Shown: positions 60,527 to 64,000 of the stretch, piece after piece
How positions within the stretch are numbered: the stretch's first letter is position 1
Layout: each line of letters starts with the position of its first letter
NCBI RefSeq assembly: GCF_028641065.1
Contig: NC_073383.1
Location: 59,706,001 to 59,770,000 of the forward strand
Origin: Leucoraja erinacea
Taxonomy: Eukaryota
DNA: 64,000 nucleotides
Reading direction: 5' to 3'
Position numbers and translations under genes: made by a program
Notes under the pieces: generated by a model
What the model saw: only the letters and a program-made list of their open reading frames with translations
Told to the model about the DNA's origin: nothing
Databases searched by the model: none

Positions 60527-61284
60527 ATCAACTAGGAATCCCGAGTCAAATTTGCCTTACTGATGCATAAACTGGTGTTTCAAGACTGGAGGCAGTTCAG
60601 GGGTTGATTATTATCCTCAGTATCTGATTCTTATCCTCACTGCCGAGGGATATTTGACATATTGAAGGTATTCTTTGTGCAAGTTGCTGTTCAGTGAGCA
60701 AGAGGAACAGTTGGAGAAACAGCTGCGGAGGAGATTACTGTTTGTTAGCACTAAGCATGCTGTTAAAATAGCATCAGCAAGTTTCCACTTTTTAATAGAA
60801 TTTAATTTCACTCAAGTCAATTGACATAGAATGAATTTCTAGCACTAGCTTATTCAGCTTTAAAAGGTAGCCTCAAATAAATATATGATTTGAAATTTAC
60901 TAACAAGGTACATTACGAACTAAACCATCGATGAAATCAATGAGCAGGCTCATATGTCCAATTTTGGACAGAGGTCACAGAATATTTCCACAGAGAAATT
61001 ATAAACTCCATATACTGTTTCAAGCAAATATGATTTTTAAAAAAAGAACTTGAGATGCGCATGGAACAAGATCTGTGCGACTGTAATTACAAGCAGGGTC
61101 AAGATAAGTGACCATTCATCTTGTCTGCAAAAATTGGTATCAGGATGCTGTTATGCAAACAGGAGGCACAAAACACTGCAGATGCTGAAATCAATATTAC
61201 ACAATGTTTGTTCTCAGCTGCCTATGAATACACTGTAGGACACGTTATCATGCATTTTTCTGTAGTTGATACCAAATTAAACCT

Positions 61285-61570
61285 AGTGATCTAACATCCA
61301 CAATAGTGGGAGAGTCTAGAAATAGAGGTCATAGCCTCAGAATTAAAGGAAGGAGATGAGGAGAGTGGTGAATCTGTGGAATTCTTTGCCACAGAAGGCT
61401 GTGGAGGCTGTCAGTGGATATTTTAAGGCAGAGAAAGATAGATTCTTGATTAGTATGGGTGTCAGATGTTTATGGGTTTGCAGGGAGAGATAGATTAACC
61501 ATGATTGAAAAGCGAAGTAGACTTGATGGGCCGAATGGCCTAATTATACTCCTATTCTTTATGACCTTAT
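61285..61570 (+). mobile_element. CR1 3' fragment
   Basis: ggagagtctagaaatagaggtcatagcctcag..gggccgaatggcctaatt. Confidence 0.75.
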
Positions 61571-62171
61571 TACCTTATTTAGGGTGATAAATGTTATGTT
61601 ACCTTAACATTTAAGGTAAATAAATAAATACCTTATTTATTTAGGTAAATAAAATATGCCACTTCTGTCAGGAGATGAGAATATCCTGTTGATGACTGGC
61701 AAATGGGAGGCAAAATAATTCCTACATTGGGGAGGAATAGAAAAGCCTTAGAATGTTCAGAAATAGTTATGATTCTCTAATGGGGAGCTGGGAACGGTTG
61801 AACTTGTCTCTCTGAATGAGCAAAGGTAGATTGTGCAACTCTCATCATATAAACATGCTGTCCAATTATCAAAATGTTCAATAGGAATATTTCTGTCAGC
61901 TGTTTTTCTTTGGGGAAAATTGATGCTGTTGAATTGAATTTCATGTTTATTAATATTTGGTGATGTAGGTTTGATTTAATAATGAACCATCTCATGAAAT
62001 TACTTTTCAAAACGTGAAGTTGCTTTCATTTAACATTTGCCATATCATAGACACTCACTGCAGGAACACCAATATTGATTCTGACAAGGTGATGGCTGAT
62101 TTTTTTTTTTTAAGATTACCTACTAGTAAGAAACACATTCTAAGGTAGGTTTAAGTGCTGAAAGTACTCAC

Positions 62172-62435
62172 TGTGGAGGCTGTGTGAAATATTGATGATT
62201 CTTTCTTCAGAAAATCCATTCAGTGGTGTCATCCTGGCACATTTCAGCTCAGCATGAATGGACATTTCCTCTGCTGTGATCCAGCAGACAAGTTCCTCAT
62301 CGTAAATAAAATCCAATGCAATGATTCCATTAGTATTGATGAAATTCTGGATAGGAATATTTGATCCATCCAGTCTCGTCACCTCGATACTTTTAATGTT
62401 GGCAATCAAAAGAACAGGTGGTGAATCAATAGGTT
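62172..62435 (-). CDS. LRP1B: Internal coding exon of an LRP1-family LDL receptor-related protein, probably LRP1B (exon 6 equivalent; EGF to first YWTD propeller junction)
   Basis: Minus strand reads tttttcAG|AA CCT ATT GAT ... AGC CTC CAC A|GTGAGT. The exon is 264 nt and phase 1-1. Peptide: (E)PIDSPPVLLIANIKSIEVTRLDGSNIPIQNFINTNGIIALDFIYDEELVCWITAEEMSIHAELKCARMTPLNGFSEERIINISHSLH. It matches the recalled LRP1/LRP1B segment EP.D.PP.LLIAN...DF.Y...CW...LKC...INI..S.H. LRP1B is favoured by IEV, LDFIY, a split codon starting with A (Asn in LRP1B, His in LRP1) and the very large intron. Confidence 0.85.
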
Positions 62436-63209
62436 CTGAAAAATATTAATTTGCATATTTTCAGTTTAATTAAAAAAATAAAATTATTTTACAATAACCC
62501 AACAAACAGAAAACCTTTCAATTGGGGCAGATCACAATTAACATAATATAACGGGAACTTTGTGACCACTTTGATAATGTGGCTTAAAACAGATCAGTAC
62601 CATTTATCTTCCATTGTGTAAACAAAAATCTGTACATTGGATATCAACCTTAAATATTCACTGGTGATCATTTAACTGCCTCAATGACTGAGAATAGCAA
62701 GCACTGTTGTGTCATCTCCTATCTGGATAAAAGATGTTTTAAAAGTTTATTTTTGGCAACCTACTTCCTCCTGGCATGCTGTGTTTTTAAACTATTCTTT
62801 ATGAATGCATTCATGATAACATATGTTTTTTAATTAAATGGCTCAACCAAATATGAAATAATTATTATTTAACACAGGATAAATTTTGGCAACCATTTTT
62901 TTGCAGAAACACCAATAAAGCTCTCTGTTTCAGTTATGTATATATAGGACTACATTTTAATCCTGAGACCATTGCTATAGGAAAACAGCAGCAAGATATC
63001 TCCGAGGGCTGGTTTTCTTGGGGTGGGCGGGGAAGGGGGGGAAGGGGGGGGGGGAGGGGGGGGGCAGATAGACATGATGTGGGCACTACCTCGTGCGGTC
63101 TTCAGACAGCCTTGATATGTCGCAAAGGTTTTATGATTACACTTCCGGAGGCAAAGTAATATAAACGATACAGCACAATTCTAGAATAACAGAAATATCT
63201 GCAGGTTTA

Positions 63210-63345
63210 TAAGAAGGAACTGCAGATGCTGGTTTGCGCCGAAGATAGACACAAAATGCTGGAGTAATTCAGCGGGCCAGGCAGCATCTCGGGAGAGAAG
63301 TAATGGGTGACATTTCGGGTCGAGATCTTTCTGAAGAAGGATCTG
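63210..63345 (-). mobile_element. Penelope-derived terminal fragment
   Basis: aagaaggaactgcagatgctgg..agacacaaaatgctggagt..gacatttcgggtcgaga. Confidence 0.7.
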
Positions 63346-64000
63346 CAGGAAATTGAGAGGACATGTTGAGGAAATTGTTAAGAAACCATCTGGGATCAGT
63401 CAACAGAAATTGATTGTGTAACGGGATGAGAGCCATAATAATCCTTTTATAAAACACTGGTCCACCCACAACTGGTGTTTTGTGCCAAGTTCTGGATGCC
63501 ATATTAGAGGGAAGATGAAGCCATGCAGCACATAAACAGGCCCTTCAGCCCACATGTCAGTGCCAACCATCTACTTACTACCCCTTCTGGGTCAAAACAA
63601 TGGTTTGGCAATTCAAATGCTCGTCCAGATGTTACTTGGCTTTTGTGAGATGTAAATGGTTCAGTAAGTGTGCTGAAGACTTTTACTGAGATGATTCCGA
63701 GAATGAAAATCTTAATTTATGGACCGGAGTAGCTCCTTGGCCAAGAATAGATTGTCAGGAATCTGGTGAATATATTTAAAGATATGAAGGGTTTAGAAAT
63801 GTTCTTATTGACAGAGTGTTCAAAAATTAAAGTATGACAAAATGACCTGGAATACACAAGTAAGGGTAATCATGGATGTGCATTCAATTACAGTGTACCC
63901 CAGGAAGCTGGTTAAACAGTTCAAAGGAAAAGGTGAATGTAGGATTATGAAGTGTTGGAGTAAATCAAATACTCTGCATAAAGCTTGCAGAGATTTGAAG

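Larger units (their letters stand above)
1..62171 (-). other. Large intron downstream of the LRP1B-like exon
   Basis: GTGAGT donor at 62171-62166. I could not find the expected next exon (..MAIDWLT.N.YFVD..) by eye in the window. Confidence 0.65.

Noticed and set aside
63018-63065. G-run cluster with G-quadruplex potential upstream of the exon
   Set aside because: It is a short low-complexity tract about 600 bp from the splice site, with nothing else to support a role.

Overview
This is eukaryotic, AT-rich, repeat-dense vertebrate DNA, most likely from a cartilaginous fish (skate/ray or shark). That assignment is inferred from HE1-type V-SINEs with CR1-derived tails, abundant CR1, Penelope and Rex1 elements. 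I can support only one host coding exon: 62172-62435 on the minus strand, 264 nt, with AG/GT splice sites. It encodes the start of the first YWTD beta-propeller of an LRP1-family receptor, most likely LRP1B. The rest of the window appears to be intron. It contains CR1 LINEs (one young copy with an open 591-aa ORF2 fragment), L2, RTE and Rex1/Babar remnants, Penelope-like elements, PIF/Harbinger MITEs with TAA target duplications, two non-autonomous Helitron-like elements, V-SINEs and a 174-bp N gap. Most other ORFs in the track are spurious or transposon-derived. I see no novel multi-gene system. The best leads are: (1) a family of about 0.8-kb CpG-rich non-autonomous retroelements with two covarying 3' stem-loops and variable microsatellite tails; (2) fold-back mini-Penelope elements with minimal hammerhead-like cores and TSDs; (3) a local inverted duplication of an already dead CR1 copy; (4) an old direct duplication of apparently unique intronic sequence. 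All identities and family names are by eye and from recall, not from database searches.
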